Positions 62,813 to 64,000 of a stretch of DNA of 64,000 nucleotides are shown piece after piece (position 1 is the stretch's first letter; the number at the start of each line of letters is the position of its first letter). A program made the position numbers and the translations under genes. The DNA is from Candidatus Pacearchaeota archaeon (lineage in GTDB: Archaea; Nanobdellota; Nanobdellia; Pacearchaeales; JAPDKA01): contig JAWBVE010000001.1 of assembly GCA_038840695.1 (NCBI GenBank), positions 108,896 through 172,895 of the forward strand, written 5' to 3'. Under the pieces are notes generated by a model, which saw only the letters and a program-made list of their open reading frames with translations, was not told the origin of the DNA and did no database searches.

Positions 62813-63050
62813 GAGAAAGAAGTGGGGGAGAAGTGGAAAAAAGTGAGGAGAAAGTGAGAAAGAAAGAGGAGGTAGAGGAGGTGAGAGAGAAAAGTAAAGA
62901 GAGAAGAAATAGGAAGAAATAGAGAAAGGCGAATTGGGAAAAGAAAAGTAATAAAGAAAAGGTGAAACGAGATGAAAAAATTGAAAAGTGGAATGTGAGG
63001 AGGAAGCATGGCAAGTGGGTATGAGGAATGCGAGAAAGTAGTGAAGCGAA
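62785..63050 (+). repeat. C-depleted purine-rich (G/A with some T) tract
   Basis: About 265 nt of GAGAAAG/GTGAGGAG-like sequence with almost no C. It begins inside the 3' end of the preceding CDS. Confidence 0.85.
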
Positions 63051-63089
63051 TTTTTGTGCATTTTGCACTTTTGCAAGCAACATACTTTT

Positions 63090-63105
63090 AAAAGTTTTTA
63101 AAATT
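63090..63105 (+). promoter_or_regulatory. BRE/TATA-like promoter (AAAAGTTTTTAAAATT) for tRNA-Gly
   Basis: Centred about 27 nt upstream of the tRNA 5' end (63126). Confidence 0.45.
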
Positions 63106-63125
63106 CTAAAGTATATTAGAGCAGT

Positions 63126-63199
63126 GCGCCGGTGGTCTAGTCTGGCTATGACACGAGCTTGCCAAGCTCGTAACCCGAGTTCAAATCTCGGCCGGCGCA
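63126..63199 (+). tRNA. tRNA-Gly (anticodon GCC)
   Basis: 74 nt. Acceptor GCGCCGG/CCGGCGC, anticodon stem CGAGC/GCTCG with loop TTGCCAA, T arm CCGAG-TTCAAAT-CTCGG. Confidence 0.9.
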
Positions 63200-63207
63200 T
63201 CTTTAAG

Positions 63208-64000
63208 ATGGCCAAAAGGAAAAATTTGTTCAATGTTGAGAAATACAGCTTGCCAAAATACAAAATTGAGGAAATAAAGCAAAAAAGGGCTGAAGAGTTA
63301 GGCTTGATAAATGAAAACCAAGAAAAATCAGAAGAAAGCAAAGGGAACAGCAAAGAGCAGCTTAGCATCGATGAGATTTGCGAAAGAATAAATGCAGAAC
63401 TTGATGAACTTGACTCGCCAATGAATTTGATTGAGAGTGAAGGTATTGGAGAAATAAGTGCATCAAAGCTTACAACATATAAGGGCTGTCCATTTGCTTA
63501 TTTTTTAGGATATGTTATGCATTTAAAGCCGCTACTAATGCCAGCAAGTATAAAAGCAGGATTGGCAATGCATAATGTCATAGCTGATTTTAATAGAGGC
63601 AATTTACTTACTTTAGAAGATCTAATCAATGGGCGAGAAATAATAGAAAATGGAAAAAAGAAAAAAATTTTAGGCTGGAAAGCGCGATGGTACAGACAAG
63701 TTTATTCAAAGGATATATATTTTGATAATGATGACCAACCTTATATAATTTTTAACAGTGGAAATCGATTATTAGAAGAATTTTATCATGAAGAAAAAAA
63801 TAATAGCAATGAAAAGCTGCTCGTTGAGCATAGGTTTTGCTTAAATATAAATTTAAACAACAAGAGTTATCTTTTTACTGGAGTTTTTGATTTGATTGAG
63901 CACGATGGAAAGAAAGGGCATATAATTGATTACAAGACTGGAAGCATGCTTACAAAAATTACTGCCGATCTTTCAATTCAATTTACCATCTACAATCTTG
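63208..64000 (+). CDS. PD-(D/E)XK nuclease (RecB/Cas4-like), 3'-truncated by the window edge
   Basis: Not in the ORF track because no stop falls in the window. Hand translation from the ATG at 63208 is open to 64000. ISASKLTTYKGCPFAYFLGYV, GLAMHNV, GVFDLIE...IIDYKTG and QFTIYNL follow the PDDEXK_1 pattern. Confidence 0.6.
   Translation, partial: MAKRKNLFNVEKYSLPKYKIEEIKQKRAEELGLINENQEKSEESKGNSKEQLSIDEICERINAELDELDSPMNLIESEGIGEISASKLTTYKGCPFAYFLGYVMHLKPLLMPASIKAGLAMHNVIADFNRGNLLTLEDLINGREIIENGKKKKILGWKARWYRQVYSKDIYFDNDDQPYIIFNSGNRLLEEFYHEEKNNSNEKLLVEHRFCLNINLNNKSYLFTGVFDLIEHDGKKGHIIDYKTGSMLTKITADLSIQFTIYNL

Noticed and set aside
62629-63368. Three overlapping minus-strand ORFs (126, 101 and 195 aa)
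   Set aside because: They are antisense to the purine-rich tract, to tRNA-Gly and to the start of the PD-(D/E)XK gene. Their composition is low-complexity S/F/L, and one even runs through a tRNA gene.
1-64000. Mobile element or prophage borders, and a replication origin
   Set aside because: I saw no integrase, transposase or capsid-like genes and no long terminal inverted or direct repeats flanking any block. There is no orc1/cdc6 gene and no ORB-like dyad repeats. tRNA genes are present but none is followed by an integrase.

Overview
AT-rich, gene-dense archaeal chromosomal segment. By inference it comes from a small-genome, DPANN-like lineage: it combines archaeal information-processing genes, giant N-x-S/T-rich surface proteins, several bacterial-type genes and pervasive K/E-rich low-complexity insertions. 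Core content: a ribosomal-protein cluster (23.4-35.2 kb) in the order uL3-uL4-uL23-[DUF3800 insert]-uL2-uS19-uL22-uS3-uL29-aSUI1-Rpp29-uS17-uL14-uL24-eS4-uL5-uS14-uS8-uL6-eL32; RFC large and small subunits; FtsZ; CDC48; archaeal DnaG; RNase HII; RtcA; ThrRS; ProRS; GatD; a bacterial-type Tgt; an SMC-headed ATPase; a MacB-type ABC transporter; six tRNA genes (Arg-TCG, Pro-CGG, Val-CAC, iMet-CAT, Val-GAC, Gly-GCC); two giant surface proteins (1722 and 1022 aa); and many small hypothetical, secreted or membrane proteins. I saw no rRNA, CRISPR array, transposase, integrase or reverse transcriptase. Most notable observations: (1) an SMC-headed protein whose hinge is replaced by a Rad50-type CPxC hook at the exact midpoint; (2) a protein built from about six near-identical 39-aa (117-bp) repeats that differ almost only by nonsynonymous changes at a few fixed positions (mTERF/TALE-like logic); (3) a DUF3800 gene plus a structured 309-nt spacer inserted between uL23 and uL2; (4) a bacterial-type lipoprotein signal peptidase (LspA) in an archaeal context; (5) a truncated dph2 remnant; (6) long sense-strand polypurine tracts that appear to feed K/E-rich extensions of housekeeping proteins; (7) a 67-nt identical stretch shared by the D1 and D2 ATPase modules of cdc48. 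All functional calls rest on motif recognition by eye, and no database search was run.
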